A stretch of DNA of 64,000 nt from Octopus sinensis (lineage: Eukaryota). The notes below the pieces were generated by a model. It was given only the letters and a program-made list of their open reading frames with translations. It was not told where the DNA came from and searched no databases. Position numbers and translations under genes: made by a program. Where the stretch lies: positions 61,132,001 to 61,196,000 of the forward strand of contig NC_043006.1 of NCBI RefSeq assembly GCF_006345805.1. The letters run 5' to 3'. Shown here piece by piece: positions 1 to 13,135 of the stretch. Position 1 is the first letter of the stretch. Each line of letters begins with the position of its first letter.

Positions 1-362
1 TCCATATCCAGCTACTTTTATGAATAGTTTTACAGCAATGTGTTTTAAAGCCACCTATAAAAACTGGTTTATCTGTTTTAAATAAGTTTATCTGTTCAAT
101 ATCTATCCCTGAACCCATGGAAAAACTTAAAATATTTCGGTTGTAAATGTCTTGAGTATATCTGCCTGAATTTTCCTCGCCTATGTTTCACCAAAATATT
201 CCTGCAGTGAATTTCACATTATCAATTATCGAAAGAGTACTCAACAGAAGGGGTAATGTAATGTTTCCCATGAGATAAAAGTATCTATGTAAAGTCAAAT
301 TTTATGAATGGATATAATAATTAGTTTTATACCTAGTTAAGGCAATACATAATGCATACCAT

Positions 363-436
363 TCAATCAAATACATTATTATTTTGTTCGAGATTACGGA
401 GATGAAGAAAGTGCATCTCCAAGTCATCACTTAAGT
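363..436 (-). CDS. Candidate terminal coding exon of an unidentified host gene (xLSDDLEMHFLHLRNLEQNNNVFD*)
   Basis: On the minus strand the polypyrimidine acceptor ctctctgttatttag precedes 436, and a phase-1 frame is open to TGA at 365-363. No homolog recognised. Confidence 0.25.
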
Positions 437-773
437 CTAAATAACAGAGAGCGAGTTCAATTATATAATAGTAAGTTCTTTTTCATTAATTCTTTCAAAT
501 GCTTAAACAACTGAGAAAACATATATACAAGCGATGTTCAGAATAATCTAAAATTCTCTTTTGAAGATTCAGTATATAAACGATAATTTGAAATTCTGTG
601 AGGTCATGCCTGAAATACCTTTTGTTATTCTGTTTACTTACGAGCAGGTATTCTTAATGCAATATGCTACAATGTTTTCAACTCGCATACATTTGTCCAG
701 GCATACAATAAAATATAATAATTATTGTTTTGTTCAAAGCAGAACAATAAACCGATATTGCATTCATAGAACT

Positions 774-799
774 ACACACACACACACACACACACACAC
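774..799 (+). repeat. (CA)n microsatellite
   Basis: Direct reading. Confidence 0.95.
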
Positions 800-1656
800 G
801 AACATACACAAATCAAAAATGTCCTTTGAAGAGCGCTGATGTAAAATAAACAAGAAATGTAAACAATTTTACAATAAATGAGTAATTTGAAAATGCCTGA
901 ATCTATTTATAAAATAAATAAATAAGAAGCTGTAATTATAACTGTCGATTATTTCGACTTTTACAATCGAACTTTTCAGTTGCAAATACTGTTAGCCATA
1001 TCGCCGTATATAACTTTAGTTCGTTCATATTTAACATACAAAAAATGTCAATTAGGAAGTGGAAATTCACCATGTAGCCGGCGAACAATAATTCTTACAG
1101 GCCCACTGACCAGTGAGCCCCTAACGCGCAATGGTAATCTACCCCACTGGTTTGACTTCTCTCAAAATTATATTAATTGTCTTTAAAAAGATCAGTGATC
1201 AGTGGCCCCGATCTTATACCTAATTTCTCTGTCATCCAGATAGTTCCATTGCTACCAGGATCTTGACTCATAGCACATTTTGTTCAAGCATACAAGAAAA
1301 AACACAAATGTTAGCAGCCAAATTTAATAATGGTAACTTACATTCAGTTTATCGGAATCGGAACACTTGGTATCTTTATTGTAAAAACCCAGAATATTCT
1401 TCCAAAATTAGTGTGTAAGCTGCACGACGTACAGAAATGGTACCTGGGATATTTAATGTTTATTCACAAACCTTTTCTTCACTATTGACTGTTCAGTTTC
1501 ATCTTCCTATAACAAATTAATTCGCTGACGCATAGTGGGACGAAATATGAACATGTAAATTTGGGTACTCTTAACGTATTTCATATTATTTGGATAGTTT
1601 TTACATGTTTTATGTCACAAACACTTTTAATAAGGATTTTGCTCTGTTAAATCATG

Positions 1657-1746
1657 CAGTTCTATATTTATGAGATGAGGAATTATGTACAATATTTACA
1701 TTATTTTCATTTGACGGATATTTGTCTTCATCTTGTTTGTTGTAAA
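1657..1746 (-). repeat. 3' fragment of a dispersed repeat (same family as 17985-18140 and 58935-59080)
   Basis: Shares acaaacaagatgaagacaaatatccgtcaaatg...cataattcctcatctc..aaatatagaactg with the other two copies. Confidence 0.7.
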
Positions 1747-2180
1747 ACATGGAGCCGTTGAGAAATGAAGTAATATCTAAAAGTGGTAATGGGCAGGGTT
1801 TTGATTGTTACAACGATTGAAATACAGCAAAGAGACAGTATATAATGAACGATATTCAAAATCGTATCGATATTTCCCCGGCATACAATTCTCCAATATT
1901 TGATAGGTAACCAAAATGATAAGACAGGAAATTAGTCATTTGTCAACTGCCAACCGACAAACAGTTTAATGTGCCAACACGTTCCAACACGTTCCAACGC
2001 CAGGTGAGCGCCTGAAGAAGTGAGCGTCTTCAAAATGTGACCGTGTATATATGTGACCGTGTATTGTTCGCAGTTAAAATATTTCAATTGATATTTGTTC
2101 AATAAAACAAGGTTGTATATCTCTGGTATTAGTGTTTATAATGGTTGCATTGTTGATAGTCTATTGTTTGTTAAGATTTA

Positions 2181-3002
2181 TACGTAATCTGATCGATAAG
2201 TATCCAGACTGTTGCCATAGTAACAAAACAAAATCACTCAGATGGATCGTTTTAACGTTCTAGCTCACTTCTGTTGTTTACAGTAGTGCTTGAAAAGAAG
2301 GTGTGTACGTATGAACACTGCATTGATCATGATAGAGAAAGTTGAGCAGAGACTCTGGATCAAATTTTCCCAAAAGCTTGGTTATACCTTCTCAGATGCA
2401 AAGTCATTGATGAGTTTTCATCGTTCTGGACACAGTCAAGAAGAGTGTCTTTTTGGTCAGCTGAAACCCGTTTTGTCACAAACTTCGCAGACATGCGTCT
2501 CATACCCAAATCTTCAATTATAATGGACTGAACTGAACCGTAACTAATCTGAGCATTCTCTGATAACTCACGGATGGGGATTCGACAATTTTTTTCTCAC
2601 AATTGCACGCACGTGTATGATTTTCTCAGTTCTGCTGGTTGCGGGTTTCCCAGAACGTTCGTCAATATCGACATGTTTTCAGCCATCTTAGAAACGTCGA
2701 ACCCACCCGTACACTTGTGTACGGCTCATACATTCATCTGCATATACTTTTTACAACTTTGTGTTGGCCTCTGAGCACGTATCACCATGAGAACTTTCTC
2801 TGTCATGGTCAATGCGACGATCACACACTACACACGTTTTCTCAAAGCACTGCTGTAAGCAGCGGATGTGATCTAGAACGATAAAACATAGTGCACATGC
2901 AGAGCATAGATCAAAGTGAACTTGTGCCAAGCAGCTTTACTCTGCGTTCCTTAACTCTGTTACTATGACAGCAGTCCGGATACTTACTGAACAGACCTCG
3001 TA
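2181..3002. mobile_element. Mariner-derived non-autonomous element made of two 5' ends head-to-head
   Basis: Imperfect TIRs (tacgtaatctgatcgataagtatccagactg / rc tacgaggtctgttcagtaagtatccggactg) flanked by TA. The + strand gives MIEKVEQRLWIKFSQKLG. The - strand gives a decayed transposase HTH region (MSRTQVYGWVRRF...DERSGKP...EDLGMRRMSAKF). No DDD domain. Confidence 0.85.
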
Positions 3003-4376
3003 TATAAGACGTCTCCTGAACGACTGCTTTTAAAAACCATTCTAGTAGGTGTCCTTTCACCCTCTCTATTGCGATGTGATTTAATGGTGCCTTAATGCAA
3101 TTACATACTTAAGTGTAGTTGTCAACGTTCTCCTAACAAGAGAATATTCTAAAATGCGACTGAAAGTCAAACAGAAATTGCTTCTGAAATCTATAGAGGG
3201 AATTTGATAAATTCAGAGATGATGTAAATGAAGAACAAGAATCACAGTATACTCAAAAGTAAATATAATAAACACAAGTGTACAGCCCAAGAAATAATGC
3301 CACTAGCGTTTCAGCAAGATTCATTACATAAGTTGGCCTTACCAAAATTCAATAAATTTACTTGCAACACAAAATTAGATGAAGTCCCTTCTCCCAATTT
3401 CATTTATTATCGCTGCTATGATTCTTACCAACTTCATCTACCGTACAATTTATTACAATAACGATAATATATTTTTCAAATAAAAATTTCGTTTTGAAAA
3501 GATATATTTGTAAAGTTTCAGTAAAGCTTGTAAGGCATGAAATTCTAAATCTTCTTATCGTTCCAACATTTCAGAATTATTCAGATGTATGTAAATTTCT
3601 ACTTGGATATTTGCAATTACGTACATATTTGTAGTGAATTATCAGATTTCTTCTTTTGTTTATTTCACAAATCATTATTAGAATTTTAAATTTAAAGCAC
3701 CTGTTATTATAATGATTTGGTAAGATACAACACTTATTTTTAATAGCTTTATATTTATACATGTTGCATTCATCTATCGTAATTATGTTGGTGACTACTT
3801 CCTCCATAGCTTCGGTGTGTATGTCCATAAATATGTTTACGTCTTTCAGAAGGAGAGCTGACCTTTCCAGTTGTATTATATTCTGGAAATGTGCTTCTTT
3901 AGTTGATTTTTAGTGCCTTAAAAACCTGCTTATTGGACACCGTAAATTCATTGAGACTGACATGCTATTTGAAATTAGTTTCAAATAATATAACAATTCC
4001 GGATTAAATCATTAGATAAATTTTATTTCCGCTGTAGATCCGGAAATCGTGGAAAAAGCCCCTCAAAACTCATCTCTTGCTTTCCCATCTATCTCCCTTT
4101 CTCTCTTTATGTCATGGAGCCTCACCCCAAAAAACAAAAGCAATGTTCTCTTCTAAAAAACCCTCCCCCACCCAAACAATATCGGTTTTATATATATAAA
4201 TATAATTCACAAATTATATTTCACAAGTCCGAGAAAGGAACGAAAGCGCTAATAATAATGAAGAAATAAGATTTTTTTCCAAAATTCTGACGACTTTTTT
4301 CTCAATAATCAATTTCTGTACATCACATCACTTTCTATACACAGACACACAGACGCACACACACATACACACACAA

Positions 4377-4413
<37 letters not shown>

Positions 4414-5089
4414 TCTTGTATAATATATATTGTGTAATATTGTAAATTATCTGAAAAGAATCTTATTTACAATCAATAGACTTACTAAATCTTTAAATAT
4501 TTTGATGAGTTCACATAAATATGTTCCTTGAGTTTCTCTTGCCTTGAAAATATTCGATAAATCATGAAACAGTTTGTTCGTTTTTGAACACTGAACATAG
4601 CAACTTAGCACTATTTCCTTTATGACTTTTGTAGCTAATTCAAATTAAGTTTCCTTAGAACTGCCGTTTCTGTAATTCGATAACAATTTTATTTATTCTG
4701 CTGAGAATATATGTCGCATTTTCAACAGGAGATTTTTATACAGATATAAAATATGAATAACATTGCGATAGCAAATTGAGGTATTTGTGTATCTACCATA
4801 AACCAAATTAAAGAAGCTCGTGTATTTGAGATAAAACTTAGTTCAGCATCTAATTAGATGCATAGACGCTTTAACGTGACAAAAGAAACATTATCAGAAA
4901 CTATATAGATGTATATTAATGCTTATTAGTAATGCTGCACACAGAGACGCAACATAATACATAAATTCACTTACACAAACACACATAAACCTCATTTCCC
5001 CTATCACTTTCTGTTATATTTACTATATTAGGTTTATCATTGTGATCTTCTTAATTTGTATTCCATTTTATTTATCTATTATCTATACA

Positions 5090-5107
5090 TGGATATATAT
5101 GTATATA

Positions 5108-5164
<57 letters not shown>

Positions 5165-5176
5165 TTATATATATAT

Positions 5177-5217
<41 letters not shown>
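5090..5217 (+). repeat. (TA)n microsatellite
   Basis: Direct reading. Confidence 0.95.
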
Positions 5218-5219
<2 letters not shown>

Positions 5220-5222
<3 letters not shown>

Positions 5223-6660
5223 TATTTATTTAATTATTTATTTTGTTTATTTGGCACTTACTAACTTATAATCAATTTAATTTAATTTATAATTAATGAA
5301 CTTATATCTAAGTTAATAGTAACTTCTGTTTACTTTTTGTGTATGTATATATACGTCTTTGGATGGGCAGACATATATTTTAATTTATGATTTAGTGGAT
5401 GTGGGTGGAGGTGTCGAGGTGTGTGAAATATGTATGTGTACGTATGTATGTTTTTGTGCGTATAGGTATGTTCGTAGGTGGATGTACGGATGTATGCTTT
5501 TCTTATACATATGAGTACGCAGGTGCGTATTTTGATATGTATATATGTATATGCAAATATTTATTCATGAGTGGATATAAGTATAGGTTTTATTTGTACG
5601 TATGAGTGCGCAGACATATTTAAATATGTATATATGTGTGTGCGAATGTTCCCTGATATAGTATATAAGTGTATTAACATTTATGAGCATATGCGGATGT
5701 GCGTGTGAGTGTGTGTTAGTGTATAGACACTGCTGCCTGTACTGATTTGTCTATAAGCCATGCGATGACAGACATGCACTCTGCAATCTAGTGAATGTGT
5801 AGAGATGTGTCGGGGTGTATTCATGTGTGTGTGCATGTGTGTGTGGGTATTTATGTGGACGTGTGGGTTTAGGGTTGGATGTGGATGTGTATGTTTTTCT
5901 TGTGCGGTTTGGTGGAGGTCGGGCGGCTCTCAAAGGACCAACCTTGATGATGACAATGATAATTTAAATTCAAATCCAATAGTATATTTATGTCATAAGG
6001 AAAATTACTAACTTGAACCCGGACATACATATGTGCCACTTCGGATCCTAATGTAAGCGTTATTAATAATATTATGAATGATAATAATGATAACATTAAT
6101 TGTATTGACAATGATAATGATGCTAACTTTAATGACACTTTGGAAATTAGTAGGAATTAATATAACGTACTATTGACTGTGTATATTTGCATCTACGTAC
6201 TAATATGTATATGTTTATTACCAGAATATTAAGTTGAAGAACTGAGACATTGAATATAGAACATATATATGTTTACTAATTTATATTATTTATTTACATT
6301 ATTATGTATATGTATATCTCCGAGGAGGCCTTATGATATTTTTGTAAATGTCTCATTTATATCTATATATTGACCTACTATAAAAGGCCAATATTGGTAA
6401 AATTAGACATAATTATCTACATGGCCGAAACAGCTGTAAGATGTAATCTATACTTATATTTATATTTACTTATATGTATATTCTCTTTTTTATATATATT
6501 CTACTTATTATACGACATCACTCTTTTATGTACACTTTTTTATGTACATTCATTTATGTACACCGATTTGTTCTGCTTTTTTATGTTTAACCCTACAGTC
6601 TCTTATGTGGTGGTTTAATAAAATATGTGATTGAGTATTATCTGGTAATTGATATTTGAT
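5220..6660 (+). mobile_element. Non-coding Penelope-like element remnant with G/T-rich body and 3' hammerhead motif
   Basis: G/T-skewed body followed by a hammerhead-like terminus at 6313-6445, flanked by (TA)n. Boundaries approximate. Confidence 0.5.
6313..6445 (+). ncRNA. Type I hammerhead ribozyme motif with long stem II insert (core U4->C)
   Basis: tatatct-CCGAGGA-ggcc...ggcc-GAAA-cagctg-TA-agatgta: 7-bp stem I (one G-U), palindromic stem III. Confidence 0.6.
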
Positions 6661-6860
6661 TTAGATGTATTTCTCCATTTTCTTATCTTGTATTAGTAAT
6701 TTGTGGTAAATTATTTTACCTTCGCCCATATAATACAGTAAATGAATTGATTGCATCGCAATCCTTAACATTTATGTATTAACTTTGTTGGGTACTTCAC
6801 TAGCAGCATATTGGATATATGTTATCCCATGGAGGGTTGCATTTACAGCCCCTATCTCAA

Positions 6861-7027
<167 letters not shown>

Positions 7028-7030
7028 CTC

Positions 7031-7254
7031 TTTTACTTGTTTCCATCTGACTGCGGCCATGATGGAGCACAGCTTTTAGTCGAGCAAATCGACCCCAGGA
7101 CTTATTCTTTGTAAGCCTAGTTCTTCTTCTATCGGTCCCTTTTACCCAACCTTTAAGTTACGGGGACGTAAACACACCACCATCGGTTGCCAAGCGATGT
7201 TGGGGGGACAAACACAGGCACACAAACATATACACAATTACATAGAAACCTGTC

Positions 7255-7300
<46 letters not shown>

Positions 7301-7459
7301 TATATATATACATATATACGACAGGCTTCTTTAAGTTTCCGCGTACCAAATCCGCTCACAAGGCTTTGGTCGACTCGAAGTTACAGTAGAAGACACTCGC
7401 CCAAGCTGTCACGCAGTGGGACTGATCCCGGAACCATGTGGTTGGTAAGCAAGCTACTT
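7031..7459 (-). mobile_element. tRNA-derived SINE (body and 3' part); its head is displaced to 10370-10405 by an insertion
   Basis: Collinear with the intact copy at 34676-35073. It breaks at gtaagcaagctactt and resumes at 10370. Confidence 0.9.
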
Positions 7460-7796
7460 TATTTCATAAAGATTTTCAATCAAGGCATTACAAAGAGTAG
7501 TTGCGGGCTGGACATATACATTGATGAGGTGAATGATGAAATAAGGATGATATTGCTGAGAGAAGGCAAAAATGCCCGCCGATTTTCATCTCTAAAACAT
7601 TGTTCTTTGTTTTAAACAGAATAAACAAAGCCAGGTATTGAACCTCTCACAACAGTTTTTACAGTTTTTGGACTTGATAGTCCATTACAAATATTAACAT
7701 GCAAAAAATATTCAATATGCAATCAGCAGTAGTCCATTTACTAATGAGGCGCTGAGCCTCTTACACTTTATAACACTGAGGCTTTTCAACCTCTTG

Positions 7797-9066
7797 TCAA
7801 TTTTCTACCTCATAATCGCTTGTGTCCGTGTAATCCGCTATAGCCCATGCTTCGTTTAAAATCAAGGCGGGCTCCGAGTTGGCGACACCCGGCCACGTGC
7901 GATATTCTTCTTTTAGTCTGTTCAGCATCATAAACAGGCGCAACATTATGACCTCCACAGCTATCTGCGGAGGCCATTCGGGTTCCTGTGTGAAGTCCAC
8001 AGGTATTCCCTCGTAGTGTTCTTTCACTATCTTTTCCACCTCTCCGCCTCTATAAAAGAAGACCAACAGTTTCAGGTCCATCAGGTCTGGGTCGGTTAAT
8101 TTTACCGTTGGCGGCACAATTCCCGCCAATGGTGTCTCCCCCTTCCTCCGGTGGCACAACCGATGAGGCTCCGTGATACTCTGGCGTCATGTCTCCGAAT
8201 GCCGGCAATGTCCCGTTTCTCCTCCTCTTCCCCTTTTTTTCTTCTCGGCTGGGGGAGGGTGCGTCTTCTCCGTGACCTGGAGATACGTCTCCCCTCCCTA
8301 ATCCACAGGATCCTTCGGTGAGCACCCATTATTGCTCTCCTTCCTTTTGAAGCTCTTCTTTGATGAATCCTCAGTCTCTTCGGCCGCCTTCATTCCCTCC
8401 TTTACAGAGGTCTCCGTCAACCGCTCTGGGACTTTGCTTTGCCCTTGCGAACAGTTCTTTTTTATATGGCCAGGCTTCAAGCACCGATGACACTTGGGTG
8501 GAGCCGTCCCTCAAGAATCACCGGATACTTAGGCCCGGCCATTCTCAAAAAGTCTGGAAATACCAGACTTTCAGCTCACTGGGTCCATAGGGTCAAAACA
8601 GTTTTTTACCCATCCCAGTAAGCCGCAGGCAGAATAGTTACGCTTAGGAGCTTGGTGCTACTGGCCACCCAGACCCCGGCGGATAGTATCTCCTATCCAC
8701 CGTGGCTCGACTCCGGGTGGCAAGCCGCAAACCCAAGCCCTCGTAAAACTCTTCCCACAATAAGTGAGAAGAAACAAAATTTCATTACTCTCCAGGGGCT
8801 AGCTTGCAAATTCACAGGCCACTTCTGGAGAGTCAAACAGCATTATGGGGAGTCAAACAGCAGCCACACGTTTGCGTACTTGACCCCCCGAGTGATAAAT
8901 TTAATCGCTGCCAGCTCTCTTTCGATTATATTCTTTCTGAAAACGGCAATGGCGTCGGGGGTCCTAGGGTAGGTCCTCAAAACCACCGTCTTACTTTCAA
9001 GATCTTTTAACCATTTTTGGGTGGTATAATTTCCCACTCCACCAACTTTTCATTGTTATTGCCATG
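7797..9066 (-). pseudogene. Decayed L1/Tx1-type ORF1 (gag-like, CCHC zinc knuckle)
   Basis: CHRCLKPGHIKKNC (CX2CX4HX4C). TYCGKSFTRAWVCGLPPGVEPRWI resembles SYLGQRVTKVIINNVPKIADTLWI in ORF1 of the L1/Tx1 at 42193-42903. Several stops and frameshifts. Confidence 0.75.
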
Positions 9067-9186
9067 TTTTTTTTAAAGAGCCCCAAAATACAGTTGTTAA
9101 AATATAAAATAAATGAAGAAAAAGAAGGAAGAGGAAAAAAGTGTAAACAAAAAGAGAGAGAAAAAAATAACAGTTCAACAAAGTTT

Positions 9187-9937
9187 TTGGATCTTTTCCT
9201 TTTGAACGGCAGACAATTTCTAGTTAACTAAACACTTTAAAACTTCGTATACTGGTAGAATGTGTCAAAATAAAACATGTTTTTCTCTTGACTTTCTTGA
9301 GAGAATTATAATTTGTTTGTTTAACGTAGTTTAATTTTTCGAATTTTAACCAGTCCTATGCTCTCTTTAGAGCTAAAACCATTTGCTGCGTCTAAAACTG
9401 AGACAACATCCTGTAACTAACCCTAAACCTCCCCCTAACCCTAACCCTAACCATAAATTTTTCTTTTCTTAATTGTTACGCGTGTAAAAAATATCTAAAG
9501 CAATGGAAAATAATTTAAACATGAGCTGAAACTGGAAAATAAAAAGAAATAAAAAAAAACTAATTCTATAATTTTATACACACGCTTTCCGTACGTATGC
9601 TTTAGTTGTTTTACACGCGTAACAATTAAATTAATTTAACAATTAAGAAACGAAAAATTTATGGTTAGGGTTAGGGTTAGGGGCAGGTTTAGTGTTAGTT
9701 ACAGGATGTTGTTTCAGTTTTAGACGCAGGAAATGATTTTAGTTCAATGGAGGTAATCGATTGGTTAAAATTGCCAAAATGCTCGGATTTTCAGACGAAA
9801 TTTCTTACAAACTCTTCTCAATAAAACCAAGAGAAAATGATGTTTTATAAACACATGCTACTAGTATACGAACTTTAAAACTTTTCAGTTACCTAGAAAT
9901 TATGTTACAAACTGCTGTTCTAAAGGAAAAGATCCAA
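9187..9937. mobile_element. Foldback (MITE/Helentron-like) element with internal (CCCTAA)3/(TTAGGG)3
   Basis: Arms of about 300 bp are reverse complements (ttggatcttttcc...ggaaaagatccaa). Telomere-like repeats at 9433-9452 and 9665-9682. Confidence 0.8.
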
Positions 9938-10369
9938 GTGTTTTTTTTTCTTTTTAATCAAAGATCGAAGAAGAGAGAGCAACAGTTCAAACCACCGCAA
10001 AGGCCACTTGGTACTCCAGGCCAAAATTTAACACAATTGTAAAACAGTTAAAAATATCATTCCAATTTTCTTCTAGGTACTCCTAAACAGGAACAACGTT
10101 ATTTTCAAACAAAAAATTTGGCATAATACGCCCACCAAACCAATAATTTTCACAATTAAATGAATAATATTTTCACTTAGCCTCAGGACTTCTTGCTTGT
10201 AAAAATAATTTGCGACATACAACAGGTCCCCACTAGACCGCCAAAAATTCTTATCTTACGGCTGGGTATTGAAAAGTCTTCAATTTAAGACGGCTTTCAA
10301 AAACACGTCTTACATCTTCGGTGTCAAACACAACACTAATTCGCACATGCGCAATGAGGTATCAATGAC

Positions 10370-10430
10370 GTAAACAAGCTACTTACCACACAGCCACCCC
10401 TGCGCGTAGCAAGCTACTTACCACACAGCC

Positions 10431-10431
<1 letters not shown>
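10370..10431 (-). mobile_element. SINE 5' head (plus partial duplicate at about 10407-10431)
   Basis: rc gcgcaggggtggctgtgtggtaagtagcttg matches the head at 34676. Confidence 0.85.
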
Positions 10432-10488
<57 letters not shown>

Positions 10489-11440
10489 CATAAAATATTA
10501 TTTGAGACAAAACCACTATTTTGCAAAACAAACAAGGAAAGACTTAATCAATACATAAAATTTTAATAAATAGTCAAAAAAACCGCCACTACAATCGTTT
10601 CTTGTCTTGATCGTTGTACTTGGGTTTGCATGTGAGCCTCAGCATATGCATCTAACGGCCACTCCAGCCCCACATGGATAAATAAACACATACATCCCCT
10701 AAAAATAATAATAAAAAATAAAATAAAATAAAAAAAAAAAAAAATAAATAAATAAAAAAAAAAAAAAAAAATGGGAGTAATCCCATTCACACCAATTATA
10801 TGTATACAATTATACACACTTGAATAATACATACTAGCCCTAATATACAGAACATACTAATAATCACCAACTAACCACCATCACAAATGAAACCCACACC
10901 CATACAATGACAAAACTCCCCCATACCCTATTTACACCTACATAGTAATCCCAATATATTCTTCCATACATGGACGCAAGTGCGTGAAGCACATGAACAT
11001 AATTAGTACGTACAACCCCTAATACACACTAATATATACGTATCAAGCTCGACCTCCACAGTGATAAGTTTACACACAATCACACCCAGATGGGTGAATT
11101 GCACAACCAGTGAATGCTCACACATACGGGCGCGATTACATTGTTGCATATATCGAGCCAAAATAGTATGCATATGTACATGTGAGGGGTACACGTAAAT
11201 GAAGTGAGCGTGTACCCCCTGTATTTATACCCGTGCGTGAATATACACATGGAGACTACCACACAGGTACAAATGTGTTTAGAAATGGGAGCCCCATCAC
11301 TACACTTAATGTATACTCTCACTCTCACCCATCCGCACGGATGTGTAAGTGTATCTCCGGTGTATATGTTGAGGCTTATATGTAGAGTTGTTGAAGGGAA
11401 CGTCGTTGAAATTGTGAATGAATGGGTAGAGTTGGAATTG

Positions 11441-13080
11441 TAACCGGGTGGTGGACTAGTGTTGCTTGGAATGTGAATGGATTAGGGTGGTAATGAGGTA
11501 GGCATTGAGTATGGGTTACTGTAAGTTGTTTGTTAGAGTTACTAGGGTGAGCTTAAGCTCATAATGTATATAATTGATTTTTCATAATAGTTTTTAAAGA
11601 ATCCATTCATAATAAATTTTTTTAAGTAGCGTTGGTTTGCTACGTGGAAATAGTTTTTAGTTCCATTTATTATATTTCTCCATTCATACTATGAATGACG
11701 TTTACTTTCTATGGCGCGTATTCTTTTTTTACATTAGTTATTTTCCATGGTAACGTAATTTTGTTTGGTTTTTTTAACGGCTAATAATCTAATTTCACTT
11801 CATAATTTGTAACTGAATTGTAAGTATGTATTTGATTTATCCTTATGTCATAATGTTATTTTTGATATTCTGGTTAATTACGATGTATTTATTGTTGTTT
11901 TCATAAGAGTGTTTATGTATATGAGATTGGTTGTGAGTTTTTAATTGTATAATTAATTTATTTATCTGTATGAGTGTGGGTGTAAATATTGTTGTATATA
12001 TCGAGTTTTAGTGAGTATGTATATGCGTATATGTGAGGGAGCATATGTATCTGTTGTTTGTGTGTTTTGCGTGTGTGCGTGTTTGTGTGTGAATGTGTAT
12101 TTGGGTTTGTTATTTAGGATTTGGGATGTATGTGTTAATTTGTCTGTGTGGGGAGGGAGTGGTTTTTGGTGTATATTGAGGTTTATAAGTTAGTATAGGT
12201 TTGTGTATAAGTCTTGGGTCTGTGGTTTACGTGTGGGTTTTTTGTGTGTGAATGTTTAGGTTAGGGGGATTGCTATATAAGTTTGTTATAGGGTTTAGCA
12301 AAGGGAGATTTTATCGTTATATGCTTTTATGAGTTTTGGTTTATCATGGTTTTTTTAGGTAATTCGTGGTATTTTGTCTATTTTAGGTGTTGGTTATTTT
12401 TTTACATTGTTTCATTCATAATTTTTGAGTGGTGTTCGTTTTGCCACGTGAATAACCGGGTGGTGGACTAGCGTTGCTTGGAATGTGAATGGAATAGTGT
12501 AGTAGTGAGGTAGGCATAGAGAATGGGATTGGGTTACTGCAAGTTGTTTGTTAGAGATGCTAAGGTGAGTTAAAGCTCATAAATGTATATAATGTTTTTT
12601 GTGGGTGTGTAAGTATTGATGTATATGTCGAATTTAGTGAGTATGTATAGGCGTATATGTGAGGGAGTATATGTATCTTTTGTGTGTGAGTGTTTTGCGT
12701 GTGAGTGTGTGTTTTGTGTGTGAATGTGTATATGGGTTTGTTATTTAGGTTTTGGGATGTATGTGTTAATTTGTCTGTGTGGGGAGGGAGTGGGTTTTGG
12801 TGTATATTGAGGTTTATAAGTTAGTATAGGTATGTGTATAAGTCGTGAGTCTGTGGTTTACGTGTGTGTATTTGTGTGTGAATGTTTAGGTTAGGGGGTT
12901 TACTTTATAGGTTTGTTATAGAGTTTAGCAAAGGGAGATTTTATCGTTATATGTTTTTAAGAGTTTTGTTTTATCATGGTTTTTTTAGGGAATTCGTGGT
13001 AATTAGTCTATATTTTCGATATGGATTATATATAGGTTATATATGGATTATATACTTATATTTTTTCATTTATACTTTAA
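11441..13080 (+). repeat. Tandem duplication of a G/T-rich unit (11441-12452 and 12453-~13080, second copy internally deleted)
   Basis: taaccgggtggtggactag..ttgcttggaatgtgaatgga recurs at 11441 and 12453 and downstream blocks are collinear. Confidence 0.85.
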
Positions 13081-13135
13081 TTATTTAAAAGTATTATTTT
13101 TATATTTTAAAATTTTGATTTTTTAGATTGGAAGT

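Larger units (their letters stand above)
7460..10369 (-). mobile_element. ORF1-only L1/Tx1-derived retroelement (HAL1-like) with 15-bp TSD
   Basis: TSD gtaagcaagctactt (7445-7459) / gtaaacaagctactt (10370-10384). Contains a decayed ORF1 and no endonuclease or RT sequence. Confidence 0.75.

Noticed and set aside
1103-1133. Plus-strand mini-exon-like segment (PLTSEPLTRN) after ttcttacag
   Set aside because: Weak donor, no supporting neighbours; expected by chance in AT-rich DNA.
1342-1419. 78-nt minus-strand segment with AG and GTAAGT boundaries
   Set aside because: Stop codons in all three frames.
3060-3990. Non-repetitive region with short ORFs, considered as a decayed gene or viral relic
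   Set aside because: No recognisable motif in any frame; many stops.
9433-9682. TTAGGG repeats as a true telomere or fusion site
   Set aside because: Only three units each, embedded symmetrically in a dispersed foldback element.
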